Assembly: GCF_035084215.1 (NCBI RefSeq)
Contig: NC_090339.1
Location: forward strand, 40,362,001 to 40,426,000
Origin: Heptranchias perlo
Taxonomy: Eukaryota
DNA: 64,000 nt
Reading direction: 5' to 3'
The notes below the pieces were generated by a model, which did not search any database, had not been told where the DNA came from, and worked only from the letters and a program-made list of their open reading frames with translations. Both the position numbers and the translations under genes were made by a program. Positions 38,133 through 50,480 of the stretch are shown piece by piece. Position 1 is the first letter of the stretch; every line of letters starts with the position of its first letter.

Positions 38133-38224
38133 ATTATACATGCATGATTAGACGTATCTGTATGGAATATGCTCATTTGTAAATGTGCCCAGTGGTGCCC
38201 TACTTGCTGATGATAAGAGATGAT

Positions 38225-38802
38225 GGGGGAGAATTTCAGGTCGGCCGCTGGGCATAAACGGGGTGGTAGCGCCCCAAATATGGTGAGGCATGACTTACTG
38301 CCCCATTCCTGCTGACGATATCTTCCCGAAGCCCTACCATTGGGTGGCTGGAGCTCCTGTCTGAGTTAAAACATAAGCCCTTTTAATATGCAGATCTGGG
38401 TCGTACGACATTCACAGGACTCCAATTGCCACCTTAGGACTCAATCGGGTGGAGCATGTGCCATGAATGCACCGCTAAGTTTCTGCTGGTCGTCCAGCTG
38501 AAGAGGAGCCAGAAGGTAAGTTTTAATTTCATTTTGAGGGGTTGGGAGGAACTCCACAAAATAACCTGGGCCACTGCCGCACCGGTCCACCCTACTGAGA
38601 ATGGACCCCCCCACCCCATACCTACCTTTTTCCAGGCCAAGATGGCCAATATTGCGGCAGCCCAGAGCAGGCAAGCTGGCCCAGGGTGCTTGTTTTGTGT
38701 CCGCCGGCCCTATGTTAATGTTACCCTCAAAATGGACTGGGACTCTCAGCGGTACTATCGGGCAGCTAGCGGGCACACTCTACTGGAGGGAAAATCTACC
38801 CC
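38225..38802. mobile_element. GC-rich MITE
   Basis: Termini gggggagaattt / aaaatctacccc; flanks gat/aat. Confidence 0.6.
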
Positions 38803-39032
38803 AATGGGTGTTATCATTGGGGGAGGAGAAATCAAACCAGATGGGACCTATCTAATTCTTAAGAGTACTTTGTTAATAATTAAGTTTTTTGTGATCTCTA
38901 TAGCTTGGAAATTGTAGCTGCATACAAACACTCAGTACATTTGTATGCAATTCCTCTGCCCATTATTTTAACATAGGCATTAACTTATTTATTTAAACAT
39001 GTTAATCCCTCTATTAAAATAGGTGATACATG

Positions 39033-40019
39033 GGGGTACATTTTAACGGGAAGCTAGGAAAAGAGTGGGTCGGGGGGGGATTTCCTGATGGGAATCCCGG
39101 AAGTATGGGTTTCCTGGACGTCCTTACGATTTTGACATAAGGACGTCTTTCAGTTTTTTTCAGTAGGTTTCCTGCCCGACAGCTAGCCAGATTGACAGAC
39201 TGGCCAGCAGTCGGACGGGAGAGCAGCCAGGGAGCAGATACCAGCAGGTAAGTCTTAGTTTGGGGGGGAGGGATTGGTCATCGAGGGAGGTACAGTCATC
39301 GGGGGGGTGAGGGGGGTCGGACATCGGGGGGAGTCTGAGATTGGGGTCGGTGGTCATTGGCAGTTATCAGGGGCTTAGTCATGGGGGCGTCAGATATTGG
39401 GTAGGTCGGACATCGGGGGAGTTGGAGCTCGTGAGGGAAGGGGTCGGAGCTCATGGGGGCATCAGAGATTGTAGGGGAGTCGGACATCGGGGGGGGGATT
39501 GGAGCTCGTGGGGGAGGGGGTCGGAGATCGTGGGGGGGGTCAGAGATCGTGGGGAGATTCGGAAATCGTGGGGAGGGGTTTGGAGATCATGGGGAGGGGG
39601 TTTGGAGATCAAGGGGGGGTTTGAAGATCATGGCGGGGGGGTGGTCGGCCGATTGTGTGTGTCAGATCATGGCAGGTAGGCTTGTTGGGCCTGGAGGAAA
39701 CACTCCTGCTCCTCATCAAGCAGTGCAACAAAGACACTTACCTGTTGATCCGGGCCTTCTCGCCTCCTCTTACGTGGCGTGAAGCAGACGGCCCGGGAAT
39801 CCTGGCCCACAGCAGTTAAAAATAAAAATGCTGGCCCGCAGCTCCTTAAAAGATTTTACTGACTGACCCGCCCCTCAACCCGTTCCCAATCCACCTCCAA
39901 CCCGTTAAAACCGGAAGTGGGCAGGTTGGAGGCGGATTGGGAACGGGTTTTACATTTTTACAATTTTTACCTTCCCACCCGACCCCAACCCACGCGTTCT
40001 TGGGAATAAAATTTACCCC
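39033..40019. mobile_element. MITE with ATG target duplication and an internal G-rich tandem array
   Basis: TIRs GGGGTACATTTTA / TAAAATTTACCCC (12/13 match), atg on both flanks. Array of ~17-20-nt ggggtcggagatcgtgggggg units at ~39260-39650. Confidence 0.78.
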
Positions 40020-40153
40020 ATGAATTTGGTACAAATATATGGAATAAGCTTGATGGACTGAGTGGCCTTTTCTATTTCCAGACTTTCTTATTTTCCCATG
40101 TAGTACCTATGGCCTTAGAGCAGATATTTGTGCTTCATTCTCAGAATACTCAC

Positions 40154-40239
40154 CATATTTAGATTAAACCCTTCTTCTGTAGAAGTTATGCCGTTCCCTT
40201 GAAAATCAGCAAATGGCCTAAAGTTACACTCCTCAGTAT
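40154..40239 (-). CDS. gab3: GAB3-like exon 5, 86 nt (not in ORF track)
   Basis: Acceptor ttgtgtttcag, donor ATG|gtgagt. Open frame DTEECNFRPFADFQGNGITSTEEGFNLNM; phase 1 to 0 exactly bridges exons 4 and 6. Confidence 0.82.
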
Positions 40240-41019
40240 CTGAAACACAATATTTGGTTATTAGCTTTAAATATACATCACTACCTTATAACAAACAAAT
40301 CAGAAAACAATAGAAATTGTCACTGGTTTCCAATTTTACTTCAGAGTTTGAGCTTTTTTGTGTTTCTTTCCCCTTGACTATACCCATGGAAACAAGAATG
40401 AATACCATCTAGCATTAACTAAAGATTTTTACGTTCAGAGAATGTGAAGGCCAAGTTACTTAATAGATTTCAATAGTAGCTTTATGAAGCTCTTTGCCAA
40501 AAAAAATTGCTTGGGATGAAAATGTCATGTGCGGATAGTTGCCTATGAACACATTAATGTGTTTGTATTAGATTCCCATGTCTAGTATTTTAACTAAATT
40601 ATTAACCTATTTAAAATAAAACAAGTAAATTACTTTGTTAAAATAACCGATGCAGGAATTTCATACAAAATGTATTAACATGTTTACATTCTACTACCGC
40701 ATAACACTATTTCACCCCATCTGCATTACTACGCCCAAATTAGAGGCTGAATTTCATTTCCTGATGTGTGCTGATATCATTTAAGGACCGGATCAGACTT
40801 GGCTGTGATGTCCACCCCACTCCTCCTATGATGCTGCTATCCTGCTGCTATTCACTCTCTAGTTTCACATATGAAGAATGGCCATTTGGGTGAAGTACTA
40901 GAGAAATGCTGCAGTCCATAGAACCATATCCCAACAATCTCCTTCAGGAGAAAAGGAGAGGGAATTGGAGGAATAAAATGAACATGCCTGTACCAGTCAT
41001 TTCCCCTACTTAACTTTGA

Positions 41020-41545
41020 ATAACAACAACTTGTTTTTATATATCACTTTTAACATAGGGAAATATCTCAAGATGCTTCACAGAGACATCAGGGAGGGCA
41101 AGAACATGGAGGATTTAAACACAGAATAAGAATTTTAAATTTGAGGCATTGGGGGGCTAGGAGCCAATTTTGGTCAGTGAGAACAGGGGTGATGGGCAAG
41201 CAGGACTTGATGCAAGATAGGATATGGGCAGCAGACTTTTGCATGAGCTTAAGTTTAAGGACAGTGGAGGATGAGAGGTCAGCCAGGAGATCCTTGAAAT
41301 AGTCAGGGCGACAAAGGTATGGATGAGGGTTTCAGTGGAAGATGAGCTAAGATAGGGTGATGTTACAGAGGTGAATGTAGGCAATCTTTGAAATGGAGAG
41401 GATTATGGGGGTCAGAAGATCAGCTCAGGGTCAAATAGGATGCTGAGGTTGCGAAAAGTCTGGTTCAGTCTGAGACAGTGTATAGGGAGGAAGCTGGAAT
41501 TAGTGACAAGGGTACAGAGTTTCTGGTGGGGACCAAAGACGATGC
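41020..41545 (-). mobile_element. L2 LINE 3' fragment
   Basis: aacaacaacttg tail; minus ORF PYLSSSSTETLIHTFV resembles the L2 ORF2 C-terminus. Confidence 0.7.
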
Positions 41546-41716
41546 ATAAATTTATTACATGGCATCAAAATGTGAAGCATGCTTTAAAAATCTACTTTGG
41601 GTTATTTTCTGAAAATATGAGAATATTAATCGGTGTTAAAAATGTAATAAACATTATACACTTGAACAGAGCAAGGCCCTACAAGACTACACCAATATCC
41701 AGTTCAGTAATATTAC

Positions 41717-42177
41717 CTTTCCAACTTCTTGTTTTCTCTAGATTCGGGAGAGGGACTCTTTTGGGTATTGGTGCTGGATTTACAGCATAGGCACCATCTC
41801 CATTCTGAATCACTTTGTGTGTCTTTTCACGCTCCGTTAGTTGGTTTGGCTTCGGTGGCCGTGGGGGTGGGGTGTTGGACAAAAGGTGAAGCCCCGTTAC
41901 AGCAAAGGGCAAAGCATTGTGGTTTTTGTCAAAGTTAAAGATTTGTGAGAATGAATAAACTGATAATGGAGATGAGGATGCTGAAGAAGGTCCACTTTGA
42001 TCTTGGCTGGGAAGAATGACCATGTGTGAATCTTGCACATTTTTATATAGAGGTATACTGCAAGACGTTTGCGTTGGGGTGCCGCTCTTGGGCTGTAGAT
42101 TCTCCAGAATATCTTCTGATCCTGTCAACTCAAAGGATTGATCGAGTGATCTATCACATGGGGAACAGCTGTTACTT
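41717..42177 (-). CDS. gab3: GAB3-like exon 4, 461 nt
   Basis: Acceptor ttttctttttgcag, donor AAG|gtaata; phase 2 to 1. Encodes SNSCSPCDRSLDQSF...TPPPRPPKP (GRB2 SH3 ligand)...PKRVPLPNLEKTRSWK. Confidence 0.9.
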
Positions 42178-42209
42178 CTGCAAAAAGAAAATCATCCAAT
42201 TCATAAAGA

Positions 42210-42655
42210 GAAAGAATAAAAGACTTTCATTTATATAGTGACTATCATGTCTCTTAGAAACATCTCAAAACACTTTGTATACAATAAATTACTTTGAAAC
42301 TTTAGAGACTATGGTTAGGTAGGCAACATGTAGCCATTTCGCAAATGGCAAGATCTAACAAACAACAATGAGATGAAAAACTTGTTAATAAGTTTGAGAC
42401 AGAAATGTTGGACAGAACATCAGGAGAATTCTGCTCTTCTTTGAATAGTGCCGTAGAATTTCTAACATCCGCCTAAATCACTGAAACAAGCAGAAGAGGC
42501 TTTGGTTTAAACTTAACTGAAGGATGGTGTCTGAATAATGCAGCACTCCCTTCATACTGCACTGAAATATCAGCCTAGATTATGTGCTCAAGTCCTGAAG
42601 TGAGGTTTGAATCCACAACCTTCTGACAAAGACGTGAGAACCAAGTTGACTCATG
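42210..42655 (-). mobile_element. Degenerate Deu-type SINE
   Basis: Reverse complement of the 9073-9495 type (cagcactccc...tactgcactga; aagactttcatttatatag). Confidence 0.65.
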
Positions 42656-43194
42656 AGTGCCAGGTGGCTATTGGAAACTGATGATTAATGCTATCGTATT
42701 ATATAATTTCAGCTAACGTCAGTTCAAATCACAAGGTAAATTCAGATTGGCCCATTTGATCTCATCCCTCCAAAATATAAAATCTAACATTTTTCTATTA
42801 CAGTATCCATCTGTTTATTAAATTAGTGCAGTATTGATATTTTAACTCCCCTTCCTAATAAGGCTATTAACAGGCCATGTTATAATTATAACAAACCAAA
42901 AATGTATAAACATAGTGGGTCCTCCCCCTGCATTACCAGGTTGTTGCTGTAACCTTTATGTGTTAGGACTGTATCACAAATAGAGAACCATAATGCATGC
43001 TGCTTTTAACAACCCGAGTTTCACAAGGGTCTAATAAATAGATGAAAATGATAATTGAAACTTAATTGATCATTTGAGCAGAGTTAGACACAAAGTAATA
43101 TTTTATTTTTCCAATTTTCTCTCCTTCTCTCCTGAAGGCGCAGTCTCTGGGGTACAGTTACACATGTGCTATCAGGCTTTGGTATCATGCCATA

Positions 43195-44270
43195 CAATCA
43201 TGAATCATGGAAATTTATGGCATAGAAGGAGGCCATTCTATGGAATAAAGCCACCCAGCCAAATCCCACTTTCCAGCTCTTGGTCCGTAGCCTTGTAGGT
43301 TACGGCACTTCAAGTACACATCCAAGTACTTTTTAAATGCGATGAGGGTTTCTGCCTCTACCAACCTTTCAGGCAGAAAGTTCTTTTTCGCCCTCTGGGT
43401 GAAAAAGTTTCTTCTCAACTCCCCTCTAATCCTTCTACCGATTACTCTAATTCTATGCCCCCTGGTTATTGACCTCTCTGCTAAGGGAAAGAGGTCCTTC
43501 CTATCCGCTCTATCTTGGCCCCTCATCATTTTATACGCCTCAATTAAATTTCCCCTCAGCCTCCTCTGCTCCAAAGAAAACTACCCCAGTTATCCACTCT
43601 TTCCTCAAAGCTAAAATCTCCAGTCCTGGCAACATCCTCGTAAATCTCCTCTGTATCCTCTCTAGCGCAATCACATCTTTCCTGTAATGTGGTGACCAGA
43701 ACTGTACATAGTACTCTGGCTGTGGCCTAACCAGTGTTTTATACAGTTCCAGCATAACCTACCTGCTCTTATATTCTATGCCTCGGCTGATAAAGGCAAG
43801 TATCCCGTATATCTTCTTAACCATCTTATCTACCTGTCCTGCTACCTTCAGGGATCTGTGGACATGCACTCCAAATTCCCCCTGTTCTTCCACACTTCTC
43901 AGTATCCTCCCATTTATTGTGAATTCCTTGCCTTGTTTGCTCTCCTGAAAGCATTACCTCACACTTCTCCGGATTGAATTCCATTTGCCACTTTTCTGCC
44001 CACCTGATCAGTCCATTGATATCTTCCTGCAGTCTACAGCTTTCTTCCTCACTATCAACCACACGGCCAACTTTCGTATCATCTGCAAACTTCTTAATCA
44101 TGCCCCCTACATTTAAGTCTAAATCATTGATACATACCACAAAAAGCAAGGGACCTTGTACTAAGCTCTGCGGAACCCCACTCGAAACAGCCTTCCAGTC
44201 CCAAAACCACCCATCGACCATTACCCTTTGCTTCCTGCCACTGAGCCAATTCTGGATCCAACTTGCCATG
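43195..44270 (-). mobile_element. CR1 LINE 3' ~1.1 kb, same subfamily as element X
   Basis: SGVPQ..KKFADDTKVGRVVDSEEESCRLQEDING; nearly the same text as 35352-36250, in the opposite orientation. Confidence 0.9.
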
Positions 44271-44649
44271 AGGCTAGTTTTGCATAATAAAGCCTAAATA
44301 GTGACAGCTGATAGCTTATTCAACTGCAAGAGGATATCAATGCTGAGGCCAGTCCTGTCCGTACTCAATGTCGACAGGTTCACACTTTCTAGTAGGGGGG
44401 GGATCACTGGATAACGATCAGAGGCAGGAACCTTTTTTTTCTAACCAAGAGCATTAAAGCAAATTATTGTGCCCAGCTGCAGCACCATTGAGATCAGCTA
44501 ACTCACAATAGACCAAGAATTTAATTAGGGTCTGTATGGATCTGTGCCAGACTTGAGAAAGGGACATTCCGAGGTCATGTGCTCCTAATGTAGTGCTTTA
44601 TTTTTGCTTTTCACCCATGAACAAGGACACAAGCTGGAGGAGGAAAAGA

Positions 44650-46500
44650 GGAACATAGGAACATGGAAACAGGAGTAGGCCATTCAGCCCCTCGAGCCCG
44701 CACCGCCATTTGATAAGATCATGGCTGATCTGTGATCTAACTCCATATACCTGCCTTCGGCCCATATCCCTTAATACCTTTGGTTGGCAAAAAGCTACCT
44801 AGCTCAGATTTAAAATTATCAATTGAGCTAGCATCAATTGCCGTTTGTGGAAGAGAGTTCCAAACTTCTACCACCCTTTGTGTGTAGAAGTGTTTTCTAA
44901 TCTCAGTCCTGAAAGGTCTGGCTCTAATTTTTAGACTGTTCCCCCTACTCCTGGAATCCCCAACCAGCGGAAATAGTTTCTCTCTATCCACCCTTTCTGT
45001 TCCCCTTAATATCTTATAAACTTCGATCAGATCACCCTAAACTTTAGAGAATACAACCCCAATTTGTGTAATCTCTCCTCGTAACTTAATCCTTGAAGTC
45101 CGGGTATCATTCTAGTAAACCTATGCTGCACTCCCTCCAAGGCCACTATGTCCTACCGATGGTGTGGTGCCCAGAACTGCTCACAGTACTCCAGGTGCGG
45201 TCTAATCAGGGTTTTGTATAGCTGCGGCATAACTTCTGCCCCCTTGTACTCTAGTCCTCTAGATATAAAGGCCAGCATTCCATTAGCCTCACTGATTATT
45301 TTCTGCACCTGTTCACGACACTTCAATGATCTATGTACCCGAACCCCTAAGTCCCTTTGGACATCCACTGCTTTTAACTTTTTATCATTTAGAAAGTACT
45401 CTGTTCTATCCTTTTTTGGTCCAAAGTGGATGACCTCACATTTGCCTACATTGAATTCCATTTGCCACAGTTTTGCCCATTCACCTAATTTATCAATATC
45501 CCTTTGTAATTTTATGCTAACAATGCCACCAATCTTTGTGTCATCGGCAAACTTAGATATGAGACTTTCTATGCCTTCATCTAAGTCGTTAATAAATATT
45601 GTGAATAATTGAGGCCCCAAGACAGATCCCCGCGGGACTCCACTAGTCACATCCTGCCAATGTGAGTACCTACCCATTATCCCTACTCTCTGTCGCCTTT
45701 CGCTCAGCCAACTTCCTAACTAAGTCCGTACTTTTCCCTCGATTCCATGGGCTTCTAAATTAGCTAACAGTCTCTTATGTGGGACTTTTTCAAATGCCTT
45801 CTGGAAGTCCATATAAATAATATCCATTGACATTCCCCTGTCCACTACTTTAGTCACCTCTTCAAAAAATTCAATCAGGTTTGTCAGGCACGACCTACCT
45901 TTTACAAATCCATGCTGGCTCTCTCTGATTAACTGAAAATTTTCGAGGTGTTCAGTCACCCTATCCTTAATTATAGACTCCAGCAATTTCCACACAACAG
46001 ATGTTTGGCTAACTGGTCTATAATTCCTTGGTTTCCCTTTCTCTCCTTTCTTAAAAGGCGGAGCGACATGTGCAATTTTCCAATCTAGAGGGACGGTTCC
46101 TGAATCTAGAGAACTTTGAAAGATTATAGTTAGGGCAACTGCAATGTGCTCACCTACTTCCTTTAAAACCCTGGGATGGAAACCATCTGGTGTTGGGGAT
46201 TTGTCACTCTTTAGTGCTATTATTTTCTTCATTACTGTTGTTTTACTTATGTTAATTTTATTGAGTCCCTGTCCCCGATTCAATATTAGTTTTCTTGGGA
46301 TTTCCGGCATGTTATCCTCTTTTTCTACTGTAAATACTGACGCAAAGTAATTATTCAACATGTCTGCCATTTCCCCATTGTCAATGACAATATCCCCACT
46401 TTCAGTTTTTAAGGGGCCAACACTGCTCCTGACCACCCTCTTTTTCCTAATATAACTATAAAAGTTCTTCGTATTGGTTTTGATATCCCTTGCACGTTTC
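44650..46500 (-). mobile_element. CR1 LINE 3' ~1.85 kb
   Basis: RT ORFs 45720-46436, 45153-45677 and 44737-44991; tail gaacataggaacatgg. Confidence 0.92.
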
Positions 46501-47583
46501 TTTTTAAATCCTTTTAAATAAGAGCAGTTTCTTTATTTCTGAATTGCCTGCTTCTTGATCGCCCTGCTGCTATTGTGTTTGCACGCCTCCATCAATAAAG
46601 CCATGAGTTGGCCCTAGATGGTATGTAACATCAGTCTGGGAAACCTTCTCTCCAATTTTTGTTTGCACCATGTGCAGAGGCACCTGACATCTGATCAGTG
46701 CCACCTGGTACCATACTGTGTACAGCAGAAAATGGGAACTGAATGATGTGAGTGAGCAAACCTCTAGCTCCTGTTGATGAAATTTCTAAATAAAAGTCAG
46801 TTTCTACTTTAACTCCATGTCTATCAATTACTCAACAAAGATTACACTTGTGACCCTGAGCCTTCATGGATTACTCTAAATTTTACAGAGCAAAATGGTG
46901 CAGGTTCCATTCAGATCCATGCTGAGTTAGCTGACAACAGCCTTGGCTGCAGTTGGAGTAATGCAATTGCTCTCACTTCCCTGGGTGAGGGAGAGCAAAA
47001 ATCAGCCAACATCCTGGAAAGTACATGTGCATGAATATTGGGTGAGAACAGGAGCAATTTCAGTTATGGTACCCTCAACAGTGAAATCGCCTTCCAACGC
47101 TCACCGTTTGGGCTCATACATAAAGAACGACCACTTGGTTTGGTCGAGGTATTAGAAAGCCGCCATGCCTGTGGAACCATACCCAGCAAAAGTCAGTATC
47201 GTCAGGGGAGGGAGGAAACTGGAAGAAATATACTGCAGGTAGTATTAGCTGACACTCCGTAGACAGCATTTAAATCAGTTTAAACAATAAAATGTCACTA
47301 TGGCGTAACATTCTGTGAATTAAATATATGAGCCAGTAAGAAATCAGCAGGAATTCAGCAAGATTGATAATTAAAAAAAACAAGTGAAATATTTAGCTGC
47401 GCTAAGAGCTTCCACATCCTTTGAACTGGCTGCTGAAATGGTTGATGTTTGTACCTTTGCAGAGGTGCCTTTTAATTAGCTCTGTCTGACATAGAATCAC
47501 TGGTGATTGCTAGCAAAGAAGGACAAATGTTGCGGTCCTCTACATTAACAATTTTATTTTTTTGGTCTGTTCAAATCTTTTAC

Positions 47584-47812
47584 CTGACGATATCTATGGA
47601 TTTGGTCTCGCACTGGGATAAAATAAGATAATCCAGAGGTATGGCAGTGGACAGTGTGGACTCAGACTCACTCCTGCTTGAGTCGGCTTCAGTTGCAGAA
47701 TCTTGTGTTGAGGGAAATTGGTCTCTATTCATTGACTGTGATGTATGAGTTGAAACGGCGGGAGATGGTTGAAGAGATGAGGAGGTGGTAGGAGAGGAAC
47801 TCCCGAGAGAAT
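47584..47812 (-). CDS. gab3: GAB3-like exon 3, 229 nt
   Basis: Acceptor tatttcag|AT, donor AG|gtaaa; phase 1 to 2. Ser-rich, ends PLDYLILSQCET, matching the GAB DYL-L--C motif. Confidence 0.9.
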
Positions 47813-47869
47813 CTGAAATAGAAATATTCATTATTGCATCCTATACTTAACATTCATTTCTGTTTGGAT

Positions 47870-48122
47870 AGCTTGGGAACACCATCTCTTCCAAGTTCCC
47901 CTCCAAATCACATGCCAACTTGACCTGGACATATTATTGCCGTTCCTTCATCGTCGCTGGATTAAAATCCTGGAACACTCTACCTAATAACATCATGGGA
48001 ACATCTTCACTGCAAGGACCACTAGAGTTCAAGAAGAAAGCCTACCACTACCTTCTCAGGGCAAATAGGGATGGGCAATAAATGCCGGCCTTGCCGGTGA
48101 TGCCCACATCCGAGAATTAATT
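47870..48122 (+). mobile_element. 3' fragment of the 4178-5213 LINE family
   Basis: gccgttccttcatcgtcgctgg...agggatgggcaataaatgccggccttgcc. Confidence 0.82.
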
Positions 48123-49929
48123 TTTTAAAAAGCCAGGTTAAATGCAATTCCACATTAAAAGCTAAACATCAGAATTTTGCTCCACACACCAAACTACCTG
48201 TGAGCAGATGAGCTAATCAGTACAGAGAATATAATAAAACATACAGCGTACTCTTCAGCATCCTTTCCCATCCCTCAGTTCAGGATCTTTACCCATGTAT
48301 CATTACTTGCAACTAAGGTGCCTAGTAATTTTATATGACTAATCACATTAAATGTACACATGAATGGTCAAACTATATGTGATTTCATTTAATCCGCTGT
48401 TCCCCTGTCCAACTAATGTCTTTATGCATAGTTCCAGTGCTATGAATTTTTTGATATTGTCAAATTGACATTAGATAATTCTCCTGAAAAGGCTATTTCT
48501 GTAACCGATGGAATCTCAACATCTTTTATCAGAAATAAGAATTTTAGGATATTTTCTGGAATGTGTGGTACATTCCCAATATTAATGTTTTTTCTCGAAA
48601 TTTTCCGCTCAAGGTGAACGAAGTTAATGCTGCGAAATGGAACAATTTCTATTCTCAACATATATTTTCAGTATCAAGCATTCCCAGGTCAGTTATAGCA
48701 CACGTCAGACGCAGTGTAAAGCAGTTTTGTGCAATGGACCCTTGCTACTAGGAACTGGATTGAGACTGTCCAAACTAATTTCACATGGGACCCTCGCAGC
48801 CAGCAGACAGATAAGACTTTTGCTTGAATTGGATTTGAACCTGAATCCCACATTCTTTCCATATAAAATAATTTCCCCCAACATTTCCCCCTTCTTCCAC
48901 CAATAGATTACTGTCAAGGTAAAATTTTAATTTTATTCTACTTTCTATTTAACTTTAAATATTCCTGCTAACATATTTAATATGACTCCCTTCTTTCTTT
49001 GTTCTCAACAGGCTTTGCTTACCTCTGGCATCCCAAATGATTTGCTGTTATTACACTGTATCCCATCAGAGGGCACCAAAGGTAAGTTGCTACAGCTGGT
49101 TGAATATTGGGTGAGAACAGGAGCAATTTCAGTTATGGTACCCTCAACAGTGAAATGTTTTATATATATATCTATGGTTGCTGCACACATTCAACATTGA
49201 TGAAGCTCTAAAGTCATCACGAGATTGGATATATTTGAAAATTTTAAAAATTGAAGCTAACACAGCCTTTTATTTCTATTTATTTAAACCCTGTTTAGGT
49301 TCCCAACATATTTTTTTCCTGTTGTCATTCTTCTACTCAGTGGTCAGTTTTATTCTTCGCTGTAAATTTTGCTGCGGTCCTCCATGATTGACAGGACGGG
49401 GACTCCTGTGGGTGGAACTGGGCCTGACAGTTCTTGCCCTCTCACCCCGATGGAAATGCTCCACCAATGCACAGTACTCCATTCAAAGGTTAGTTGGGAA
49501 TGGAAAAAAGTCGCCCAATACGGGCAGATGAGTTAGAATACTAGTTCAAATAAGAGGGAACACAAGTTAAGTTAGGAATAAAAAGGAAAAGTCAGGCAGG
49601 ACTTTTTCACCTAAAATGTAATAGAATTGAGGAATAAATTGAGGAAAGTCCTTGAAGCAGACAGTATAAGTTGATGCATGTGACAATGTGATGTGTTTCT
49701 CATACATGCCAACCTTGAAAACTAGCAAAGGCTGACCAACAACATCAGAAAAGCTAACAAAAAGCCAAAAAGATGAGAACAGAAAAATTAAAATTAAAAT
49801 AAAGGTTCCTTCTGGTTAATATTCAGTATGTTATATTTCACAAATGATAGTTTTTTAATTTTAAGAAAGGAAAAAGTGGCATTTAGATTTTCAACAGGTC
49901 AACCAAACCATCACTTCTCCAGAAGGTAG

Positions 49930-50480
49930 CTCATCAGTTACTCTCCTCTCCCCCCGCCCCTCCCCACTCAGGTACTCTACCCGCTCTGTACCCCATATAA
50001 GAACAACAACTTACATTTATAGAGAGCCTTTGACGTAGAAAAATGTCTCCAGCCATTTCACGGAGGAATAATTCAAAACATTTCACAGATGCATACTCTT
50101 CTCCACCAACTCACCCAGCTCATACTGGTACTTTTCTCTTTCTCCCCCTCAATTCAAACGGGTACTCTTCTCCCCCTGCAATCAAGTTCCAACTGCTAAT
50201 CTGCTACTACTACACCCCATCCAGTTCCAGCGGCATTCTCACACCCCGCCCACCTCAGTTAATGCTGGCACTGCTTCCCTCCTCCTTAGATAATGCTGGC
50301 ACTATTCCCCCCTCAGTTAATACTGGTTCTCCTTTACTCTCCTCAGTTAATGCTGGCATTCTTTTCTCTCTTCCTTAATTACTGCATTCTCTCCCCCAAC
50401 CCCATCACTCAGTTAATGCTGGCACTCTTCTCCCCCCCCCCCATTAAAGCTGGCACTCACCCTCCCCTATCCCAAAGCAT
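49930..50480. repeat. Degenerate C-rich minisatellite
   Basis: Recurring ctcagttaatgctggcact core at ~30-40-nt spacing. Confidence 0.65.

Noticed and set aside
39260-39650. Repeat array as CRISPR-like, or Gly-rich ORFs as proteins
   Set aside because: Degenerate G-rich minisatellite without unique spacers, in vertebrate DNA with no cas genes; the ORFs are compositional artefacts.
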